A stretch of 64,000 nt of DNA, from positions 17,112,001 to 17,176,000 of the forward strand of contig CM022675.1 of assembly GCA_012295275.1 (NCBI GenBank), written 5' to 3'. Below, piece by piece: positions 41,301-53,300 of this stretch (its first letter is position 1; each line of letters opens with the position of its first letter). The notes under the pieces were generated by a model that was not told the origin of the DNA, made no database searches, and saw only the letters and a list, made by a program, of their open reading frames with translations. A program made the position numbers and the translations under genes. The stretch is from Chrysomallon squamiferum. Its lineage: Eukaryota > Animalia > Mollusca.

Positions 41301-44300
41301 TTCCATATAAAAATTACACACATGCTTCTATCCTTTACTATAAAACAAGAAATCAATCTGCTTTCAAAATTGTTCATTGTAAAATTATATCATATAATCA
41401 ACAAAGGTAATAATAAAAAAGACATCAACCGCTAAACCTAAAATTCATATAATAAAAAAGTAGTACCTGTGACTGTATCACTGATGAAGTAAGACTAAAG
41501 GTTTTACAATTTAAATATTTTTACTACATAAATCTGTGAAATAATTTAAAGACACTTACAAGGACCAGGACGTTTAGTTTCTGGACGGCAAAACAAACAA
41601 TGATATCCATAATCAGCAGCCAGCTCAGCCTCATCCTCAGTGGTGAGACCATCACATAGAGAGTGAAGCCATCTGAAACACCATGTACAATTAGATCAAT
41701 ACATGTCACTGGTAAGTATTATTAAGTAAATAATTATTCATAATTCTAGAAACTGTATTAAAAACCATAAAATTTCAAAATCCATGAAAACAAACCAAAA
41801 TATTATTTTAAAGAAAAGATTAATGTTTATTCTCCTACAGCGTATCATTCACTATATAAAGGCATACAACTCATAATTTTTCTATTGTTGTTTAACTATA
41901 ATTATTTCATTTTAAATTATTTTTTTATGTTGGAAATGAAACAAAAAGGAAGAAACTTAAGCACTGATAAAAACTTATAATAATATAGTAAGAAAATAAT
42001 GACAATAATAACCATAATAAAAATGGCAGTAACAAAAATGTTTGATAACAAGAACAAAAATTTAAAAGAAAAAACTTTTTTAACAAGTACACCTTACCTA
42101 TCACAATTTATACACTGAATAATGAGGTCATCTTCTCTGTACATTATGCGACAGGCAGGACAAGTAATCTTGCTAGCACAAGGTGCACATTGTGTGTAGT
42201 TGTTCTGCCATAAGCTGTTAACACCTGGAGACTTTGAACCACAATACTGGCATATGACACACCTAGAGACAAAATTCAATATGCATGTATGTAAAAACAA
42301 ATAAAACAAATCCCAGAAAAATTGCAAACAACATATGATGGATTAAATGAGGAATACATTAAAATTTGTTGTCAATAACTGAAAGTTTCTGGAAGTTTCT
42401 ATGTAAACTTTCAACAGATCTCTGCTGAATAATAAATTAAACAAGCCTAATGACTGCACCATATTTATTTTATCTACCATTATAAAAAATCATATAGTCA
42501 AAGATAACACAGATAATAAAATAGAAAACCAGCTGCTGCCATACAATAAGCTACTCTTTATCAATGAACAGTGAGCAATCTTTTATACATGCCTTTTCAA
42601 TGACAAATAAGTAAATATAACAGTCTTTGGTAGTGGCCGTGGTTGGAATGAGAAATATCTGCATTTTTCATGATGTTGTTACGGTTTTATTGGTTTAAAA
42701 CAAAGACACACTAACCATTTACACTTCCATGTTCCTTTTGGCACATGTTCTAAGGGTGGATCTAGACAGTAGGTGTGATAGCTGATGTCACATTCATCAC
42801 ACAGCAGCAGTCGTCCCTCATCATGTGGACTGCCACAGCCTTCACACACTGTACAATCCAAGCATCGCCACCCCTTTTTCAAAACCACTTTAGTAACCTT
42901 AAAACAAGATTGAATAAATTATACAATATTTTATTTCATTAAATGTTCATGTACTAATATTACCAAAATTCATAATTACCAAATGATTCTAAAATACACC
43001 AAAACAAGAAAAATTAAAAGACAAACAGCATAGTTTTAATTTATATTTTAAATAGACATGTCAGTATACTGAATCATTTAAACAGAAAATACTCTTTTAT
43101 GTTTAATTAGAACACATCAATATACAAAATTCAAATATAAAATGTTACCTTGACACTAGCACAATATGGATGATAGCACTGACCACACTGAGTGCAAACA
43201 ATCATTTTTCCTTCTTCTCCACGACCGAATGCCCCACAACTTTTACAAACATCCTGAAATAAAAACATTTAAATATTCAAAACTGTAATTAACTAAACAT
43301 TTCAACAAGAAAACATTTCCCATTTTCCCAAACCAAACTGGTGATAATTTTGACTGATAATCAACTGCAGGAAATTAATTAACACTCAAAATCCTATTAT
43401 TTAAACAGTATGGAAATTGGAATTCATAATGTAAAATAAAATAAAAATAGTTCTGAAAAAACTATTTTGTTGAGAATATACAGCATTGAATTACACCTGG
43501 ATAGTCTGATGGCTTAAAAACAAATAGTTTCATAGATTGAGAGGCCAACTTTTTCACAAATTAGTTGTAAAATATAACACGGAAAGAGTATTTTATATTC
43601 TAAACTATCTATCTTAAATCATACTCTAAGTAACTTTAAATTTCCCCAATTCTAAACATATCTTATTTTTTGAATATAAAATTTACCTGGTCTAAAGTAA
43701 AGCTGTCTTTAGAATTAGCTAAGACAATTGTTGATGGATGATCATCTCCACTGTCATCTTTAGAAGTGTCTGTTTCAATTCGGCTGTTTCCCTGTAAACA
43801 CATAACATGTAGTTTACAGTTAATATTTTACAAAATCATATTCTATGAAAGAAAATAAATGAAGTTCAATATGTGTACATATTATTTTTTTATTTTACAA
43901 AGTAATACAGTGACAAACACAGTGACACACTGAATATATCTGAACAATGAATATCTAATTTAATGTTTTAGGTTTAAATAAAAATGTTAATTTATGTTTT
44001 GTTAAAAGAATTTATTATTTTACATAGAGGTATTAGCTGGAGGGTGCAAATTTTAAACATTTTTATTGTTTCAGAATTTATTGTGTACCATGTTGTTTGC
44101 ACTTATTTGCCCTGTTTTTACTCTTGTCTTTGGCCCTCGTCGCTTTTCTCCAAATGACAGAGGACGTCTCCGTTTTTCAGGAGCAAGAGGCCGAGTCTGA
44201 AAATTAATTTTGAGTAAATTATGTTGAGTGTAGTTTCATTCTAATCAAATTTGAAATTAATATTTTCTTGTTCTAACTAAATACTTTCTTATATTAAAAT

Positions 44301-47300
44301 AGATTAAATATATTAAAATATTGAAATAGATTTGAAATAATCATTTATAAACGATGTAAGATAACAGACATTTTTTATAGTTAAAAGAAATCATTTATCA
44401 TTCTATATAGTAATATTTATAATTATAGTTGAAACCTGCATTAAATTCATTGAAAAATGGTAAAATTTTAAACCTGTTTAAAAGCTGACTAATCTTAAAA
44501 GATTATTTACTCTTATTTTTCTTACCCTTGGTCGGCCAGCCCCTATCTTCTTGCGGCCTGGAGGAAGACGGCCTGCTCGCATATGACCTTCAAGCATTTC
44601 TGCTTTAGCAGCCATGTAGGTAGCCAGACCTGATGATGAATGTGATGCCTAAAAACAAAAACAATATTCACTTCAATTAAATGATTTTATTCATCAAATT
44701 ACAAATTTTCTGTTTACAGTTTAACTTTTAAACTCAAAACTTTTCAAAATATTTGTGATTTTTTAAACATTAATGTATTGAAAAGTTAATAAAAAGGGAA
44801 GGAATGAAAGACTATAATAATCTAAAAACAATCAAAAGGTCACTGTAATAACAATTTATATGCAGATCAAACAAACAATATATTTACTTTTTCTGTGTCT
44901 ATATCGATACTGGAGCTAGAATCTTCACAGGTGTACAGTGATTCCTGTGAGCTAGCTCCCATCAGTGACATTTCTCCAAAAAAGGGATCATCTTTCAAGA
45001 TGGGATCAGACTCTGCAAATATCAATTTAACAATATATACTTCATGATTCAAACATGTTCGCTTTAGCATGTGAGTGAAAAAATCTAGCTGTTGAAATAA
45101 AGTAATATTAGTGACAGAAAAGATGGCCCATGACAGCTTTAGGATACCAAGTATATGCCAGTCATAAACTGAACAACAAAACAATTATACAACACTGACT
45201 TACAGTTAAACCAAAACCACATTGACAAATTAACACTTTATCCTAGTTAATAACACCTTTAACTTACAAATCACAAAATTCACAATCTAATTTTCAAAAA
45301 AACAAATTCATTTTTAGCGATTTTAGAAATATTGTTTTTTGTGTTATTATTCAGAAAAGGGAATGTGTAAATATTACCCTTGTATGGAAAACCTTCCAAA
45401 GATTCCTCAGTTCCATAGGAACTAACTGGAAAGGTACCAAGCTCAGACTGATAAAAAAAAAAAAAAAAAAACATTTTGGATGAAAATAAATACTTTAATA
45501 TTATAGTAAATTTTAATACCTTGTTAGTAATATTATTTGGATGAAGGCTGTTAATTTGGTAAATATCTTTATCATAAACATAGCTATATAACAGCCATAT
45601 TTTACATTTTTCAAAGTATTTATTTACTGTTATCTATTTTAATTACATCTTTATTTCTGTAACATTTTGGGTTTTTTAAAATGCCTTTGATAATTGTTAT
45701 AATTCACACTATTCTATTCTGAGATTTGTTTCTCAAGAATAAAAAAATTAAGGACATGCTCACATCTGGGCCTATATCTCTACAGACAGAACAAACATAG
45801 TCTGTCTGGCCATTACCGCTGTCTTTCAGCATTTTCAGCAGACTGGCATCTATTGTTAAATCACACTCACTGTGAACAAACCTGAAATGACAATGTTAAT
45901 ATTATGATACAAACAACAGTATTAACTAATCTATTTATCTGTAATGTTTTCTTATTTTTTTTGAAAAAAAGAAAAAAAAAAGCATTAATGAAATAACCAG
46001 TGACAAAAAAATAAAAATAACAAAAATCCCTTCCTTAACTTAAGAGAAAAAATAATAATAATAAAAAATAAATAAATAAAATAGTTAAATAAGAAAAACC
46101 AGATAAACTAATACTTTACCCAGATTACTAACAGTTTAAGAAACAATTCCCATAATTTTTTATTTTTTTATATCAACTTACTTTTTACACTTGTTACACT
46201 GTACCATTGTTTTATTATGGAAAGTGCGGTAAGCTTTTCCACAGAGAGGACAGCAGAGACCCTTGTTTCTTTGTTGATAGCAGCTGTCACAAACGGTGTA
46301 ATTTAGATGCCATCTGGAACTTGGACCATTTCCTGGTGTTCTTGCTCCACAGTCAGTGCATATTCTACAATTCTAAATCATACAAATTTATCTGGTAATT
46401 ATATACTGAATAAATAATAAATGAAGCTTTGGGTAAAACTATGATTAGTTTAAGAATCATTAAATGTCAATTTATGATTTGTTCACTTTAAATCATCACA
46501 TTCATTTTTTGATTCTTGACATACACTAACACATGAAGTTAAATAATTTTACAAAATAACACATTTATCTTTCAAAAAGAAATGAAAACAAAATCCAAAT
46601 AGCTTGATTTTAATTATCTCCTACTTCAGTTTAATTATTAATTTATCTTTTACCTTGCATTTCCAGCCATTTTTGGGGATGGTTGTCATTGCTGGCTTTA
46701 AACAGAATGTGTGATAACCTTTGTCACAGATATCACATACAAGCATTTTACTGTCATCTCCTGGTTGTCTACAAATAGAATATCCACTTACGTATATATT
46801 AAAATGCATGACTGAAGTATAAAAGAAAGAAGGAATCAAAGTTATCTATATTTCAACTTAAGAAGAGCAATATAATTATTATGATATATATATATATTAA
46901 TATATTATAAATATTAACACCTAATAATGCAACTTACATTATGTATATGTATTTCATCATGTTATTAAGTGAAAGTAATAAGTGTAAGTAACAATCTTGC
47001 CAAAATAATTTTTAAATTGACTTCTCCCTCTAGACATATTAGATACAAACAGGGAACTTTTGGAAGAACTGAGGTTTTGTGAAAGAGAAATGAGACAATA
47101 AAAGGTAACCATGCAGTCACAAACATAAAATTAAACATACACATGTATCCATCAGTATTCTTTTTGCAATGAAACAAAGTCTTTAATAAAATATTTTATA
47201 TGGACTCATATAATTAAATTATTTAATAGATGTTTTATTCTGATATTTTTTTACGATTACTTGCATCCCACTACCTGGACCAATTAGCTGAATGGTAAGA

Positions 47301-50300
47301 GAAGGGGATTTGTGTTTAATGTATTTGAAAATTCCAGAGATATAAAGAAAGCCTATCACTGATCTTTACATCATCAGTGTATTTGTGGTTGAAAGTGGTG
47401 CAACTTGGAAAGTCTGCAGCAATATTTTTATTTTTGTTTGTGATTTCTTTATTCAGCCTCTTGCTTTTATAAAACTAAATGTAACTGATGTAGAACAGCA
47501 ATAAAATATTGGACAAAGTGGAAGCAAAATTTACCAATTCTTCCAAATGCTATTTAAAAATTATGAACAAAAGACATATAGAACTTCATCAAGAGTTAAA
47601 AGTAAGGTGAAGTTTAGTTATCTAACAAATGTCAGCCTTTTACTTAAATCTGACATTATTCAAGTCTACGAACCTACTATTTCATCTGAATCTGTTACTA
47701 GGAATTGTTAAATATATTTAACACTGCATTCTATAAGATCTAACAGTAACTGTAAAAATTAATAAATCTTTTTTTCTGGCTTAATTTATTAACAATAGAG
47801 CTTTATTTTATTAATTTATCTTTTTAAAAAAGAAAGTGGTTTACCTGCATGTCTGACAGATTTTACAATTTGGGCACTGCCAGCCAGCTCTCACGGTTGG
47901 TTTCACTTCAACTGGTGGGCACAAGCAGTTGCCATGGTAATGATCTCCACAGTTTGTGCAGAACAGCTGTTCTGCAATGTTTCCCTGTGTACCACACTGA
48001 ACACAAAGTGCTGCAGACCCAGCTATAAAAAACACACAATAAGATATGAAAATTGTTCCAAATATTTTTTCACTACTCTTATTACTTTTCCTGAAAAAAA
48101 TCTTTTATCAAAGAAAAATACAAATATTCTGTTACAAAAAAAAAGAAAAGAAAGAAAATTTGTTTCTGTTTATTTTCTAACCAATATATTTCAGTTATCT
48201 TAACCGCAAAATGTAGAAAATGCATCTGTACAAACCTATCATTTCAGCTTGATCAAAATGTTCTCCACAAAGCAGAGAGAGTGTCTTTATATCCTGTATG
48301 TAAAAACAAACAAAAATACATCATTGGCTATTGTACTGTGTAGTATTATTACACTTAAAAGTTTATTTCCATGTGTGCACATATATTCTATGGTCAATAA
48401 CATTTAGCAATAAAAAAAAAACAAATAAAAAAATGTTTTAATACTGTTTATTTTTTTATTGCAATTTTTAAATTTATATTGATCCAAAAGAAAACATTAC
48501 AAATAGATGAATTATTAATAGTTGTTTTTAATATAAAAAAAATTCAATTTAATTCATTTTAACTTACATATACAGTAAAGCCATAAACAATTATCTAAGC
48601 ATAAATCTAGTTAATAAAACAAAAATTATTAGAGAAATTAAATATAATCAGTTCAACATATTTCTTTAAAATTTAACCAAATAAGTTATAAACTAAAGCA
48701 GAAAACAGAGAGATATTACCTGAAAACATCCACCTGCAGAAGCACATGGATAGTGAAATCTTTTATGGCATTGTGGTCCCCGACAGGGAATAGTTGCCCC
48801 AAACCGTCTACAATAAGAACATTTTTGTGTCAATCCTGCAAACACAGCCCGATCAACAAACTGCAGTTTCTGTTCCTCTAGTGTAACACCTTCTGACCAA
48901 GCAGCACAACAATGGTGAGACCAGCAGTGCCCTGCAATGTAATAAAATGAACCTATAATAAATAATTATCTGATTCAAACTTCCACGTGCTGACTTTGTT
49001 ATAAATTAGGCAAATTATTGTAAGTGATATGTGTCAGTCAACTACATTTCTAAGCAGTTCTACAGAATCTGTCTTTACTAATAAAGTATGTTTAAATCAA
49101 ACATTCATAGGCTGACATCTTTTGAGTTTGGCCAGATAAAAATAAGGCACATCTGTAGTTGTAGATTATTATACAATAAACAGAATATAATCTACTGTAA
49201 TAAAATAAAACTTAAAATCAACACCATCTGTTCAAAATAGTTTTATCATCTGCCTAATTTTAAGCACATGGTCAAATCATCAATAGCACAGTGCAGTTTG
49301 ACTTAAGCAATCTATTGTAATCAAATACACTATGCTAACTTGTTAATGCCAGCTCCTGTTAAGCATTAATTATGTGACTAAATGATCAGCAGTACCATGC
49401 AATGAAACATATATATAATAATTAAGAGTACTTAAGTTGAACTTCACTCTTCTGGTTAATCTGTATTTGTGTATCACAAAATACTAATTTCATAACAAAG
49501 AATCAGTCGAAAGTAAAGTGCATTAAATTACCTTTTTTTTTTTTTTTTCCTATTTGAAAGAACATCTTAGCAGTTATAAAAAGTAAATGAAAGATTACCT
49601 GTGGCCTCAAAAACTTGGCTAATTTCGATATCTTCAGGAAAACCAACAACATTCAGTTCATCAATAACTTGCTGACAGCCTGTTTCATCTTCAAATGATG
49701 AATGACGAGGAGATCGACTTCGATCTCTGTAAAAGATTAAGTAATATAACAACATAGATAATATATTTAACATATAAGATAGTAAATAATAACTCACAGA
49801 AAATACACTTTTGATTACATCTGTGACAATGCACAATGAATCAAGGACTAAACTGCATTTTAAAGGTGATGATATATGGAAACATTTTTATTTCCTTAGC
49901 TTCATTTTGATACCATTCCCATTTTCAAACTGTATGTAGCTGCAAACATATCCCTTCAAAATATAATAGACTTGAAAATGTATATAGCTGTTTCTGTAAA
50001 TTAATTCCTGACTATGTGTTCAGGTTTTATTTAATTTATTAGGCTTCTGAATACGGACCAATCCACTGTCAAAAAAAAGTCAGAATAAATATTGTTTAAA
50101 AATAAACAAACAATACATGCTTCATATAATAGTCTTTAATTGTGTCCAAACAATACTCTGGAATACAGTCAAAATCAATTAAGAAATTCTGAAGAAAACA
50201 AAAACAAACCTTGATATTTTCAGAGGATGGCGAGTTCTTCTCCATGTGAGTGGCTTTGGGCTTTTATCTCTACCTCGATCATCTTGTTCAGCTGAACCTC

Positions 50301-53300
50301 GTCTTGTTTTCTGCAGGACTCGTTTGAAAGGGTTAAATCCAGGAGTTGGTTCGAAGTAACACAACTCACCTTGGCCTAGTAGACTTCTCTCACCACAGTT
50401 ACAGAATGAACATAAGTGAACTTGTCTGAAGAAAGGTATGTGTAAAAAATGAAAGGGAAATGAATGAGCAATTATTACCACCAAAAAATATTAGAAGAAT
50501 GTAATATCTGATATGTGACATATCATTCCTCCAAAAACTACATGAATGATTACGTATCAGTTTTTTTGCATAGAGGTAACACAAATCAATTAACAAAAAA
50601 TTAAATAAATGAAAGTTAAATTCCTTTACTTTAAAATAGCCCAATATTTATCTTTTAAAATTGTTGTTACTGATGTGTAATAAAAAAAGGAGATAAATTT
50701 TTTATTACAATATTTCTGCAACATATTACATACCCTTGTGTATCAGATTCCTCCATTGAAGGTTCATCAACAATTGCTCTTGTTCTTTCCAAAGAGGAGC
50801 TTGCTGTAAAAATTAGTTTTATGAAACTAAGTCACTTATGAAAACTATATTATCAGAAATAAAATTAAGCGATAGTAATTTTAGCAGAAATAAAAATTAT
50901 TAATCATTATAATAAAAATGGACAATGACTTTAATTTCTCAAGAAAAATTTAAAAGCAAAACAGTTAAAAAAACATAAATATGTATTCAAAGGATTGTTA
51001 ATAAAGAACTACCTAAAGCCATGATTCTAGTTCTGCCTTCAAAACTAGAGTCATTAATACTTGTTTCTAATCGAGATGGAAATACTCCTGGACGTAAACC
51101 AAAGGTAGTAGCAGAAGACAGGTCTTGTCTTGATGAGTATGGTGGTGACTGGAGAGCCTGTCTGTATGCTAAGCTAGAAGCTGCTGGTCGACCTCTTCGT
51201 CCTGTACCTCGAATTCTCCTAATACAAGAATTTCAAAGCTCAAAAAATATGGCCCATCATTTTGTCCACAATCAAAGTTATTTTTGATAATTTTGTTGTT
51301 TGCTTTTTAACTCTATCTTGTAAACAATGTATTACTAATTAAATATTTTGTAATATTTAATTTCTGAATTAAGTGATGAAGGATCTAGCACAACTAAATG
51401 TCATTTATAACCAAATACATTAGGATAAGATAGTAAAATTGTAGTATTCAACAGTGTTCAATGCATATTCACCTACCTACAAATGATATCAGAGTAGGTT
51501 TATCTCGATTATACCATGATAGAGAAATGTTAAAACATGAAACTATTTCTAACTGTGTATTTAAAAAACAAAATATTTTGTTGGTGGGCTATCTTCAAAT
51601 ATCAACATCAACTAATTGTATATCTAAAAAAGTATATAACTAAGATATTAAATTTCATTAATATATAAATAGTATAAGCAAAATTTAATAACAGTGTTGT
51701 TTTAAATAACAAGCAATTTAAATTTAAATAGTTTTCACATCATTAGTATATTTCAAAAAGATATTTATTTTTAGGAAACACTTACGGGCTTCTAAGAAAT
51801 GTTCTTGTACCTCTTCCAAATTCTCCTGGACGACTTCTAGAAAACACAGAAAAATACAAACTGTAGTGATTTCGTATCAAATGTCATCACAACTCCATAT
51901 TGTAACTTTAACTGAAAATCTATTGTAATGAATGTTAATTTAGCAATAGTGAATGATAGTTTCTTGTAATCAAGGAATTTGTCTGAATACAGCTTTATTT
52001 ATCTCAGCTTTTGTATCAGATGAAAATGGAGCAAATGAAGGTTAAACATTAAAGGCTTCAACAAATTCTGTGTAAACAAAGATGGAATCCAGAATGAAGA
52101 TAGCATGTCACTGGTATTTTATGAAAAGTTCAATAATGAGTATCAAAGTATAAAAATAAGAACTTATAGAACTAACCGATAAATTGCTTTCCTGGGTACA
52201 GGTGATAGACCATCTTTTCTTGGCCTGCCAGGACCTCGTCGACTGGGTTTGATAACTGAACTTGCTGGGTAGAACTTAGCCAATGTAGGTTCTGATGTCT
52301 GTGCAACTTCAAGTCCAGTATCAAATGGCAGTGGAGGTACAGCTGATGGTATAGTAATATTCCCTAACACTTCACTACCAATCTGAGATTCATCATAAAG
52401 TGGCAGTTCTGATTCTGGTCTGAGTTGAGACTCGACTGCACTCAGTGTATCAGAAGTATCTAAAGTTGCCAGGGATGTGTCAATTTCAGGAGTAGAATCG
52501 TCATCTTCATTATATTGAGATTCCACAGTAGAAAGTGTGACATCATCATGCTGAATTATCTCCTCCTGATTGAAAGATTCCCGAGTCTCCTCGGTTTGCG
52601 AGACATCAGATGTCTCAACTTCAGGTCCACCTGGTATCTCTGATAGAGGTTCTGAATTGGCTACAAAAACATGGCATTAAATACTGTAAAGTTACAAAAA
52701 TATATACCTATAACAATACATTATAGACTTTTCATTTATTTTTTTTATTTTTTTTAAATTATACATTTCACAGACTTTATTGAAATATGATAAAGTTATT
52801 TATAAAGTTGAATTTACAGATGTTGATTTTTATTACTTTTTTTGGGGGGGGGGCCTTCTGCATTTTAAGTATTGTATTAAATGTTCTCTAAGTGCTATAT
52901 TTTAGCAGGTTAAAAAAAACTAAATAAATAAATAAATATAATAAATCTGAACCATTCATTATGTGTTGTGTATATTAATGGACAAAATGGAATTTCTGAT
53001 CCTAAATATTATTATAGAAATATATGGAACTGTATGAAAGATATCGTGGTATTTATAATGGAATATTTTGACAAAATCTGGAATCCAATCAACAACGGAC
53101 AAAGTCTGGACCATCTCCATGGCAATAAACTGCTACCTGGTTTACCATTGTACCTTCTCACAAATCCCACTAATTCACTGACCATATCATATAAAGATAT
53201 ATATTTCTCAATTTGTTTTTAAATGTTTTGCTTTTACCACTTCCACAACAGAACAACTGTGAACTCCATGAGACAGCATCATGGATGTGGCCATATACTT

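Noticed and set aside
41467-41480. 14-nt AG...GT bounded segment that looks like a microexon
   Set aside because: It is not a multiple of 3, and the flanking exons already join in frame.
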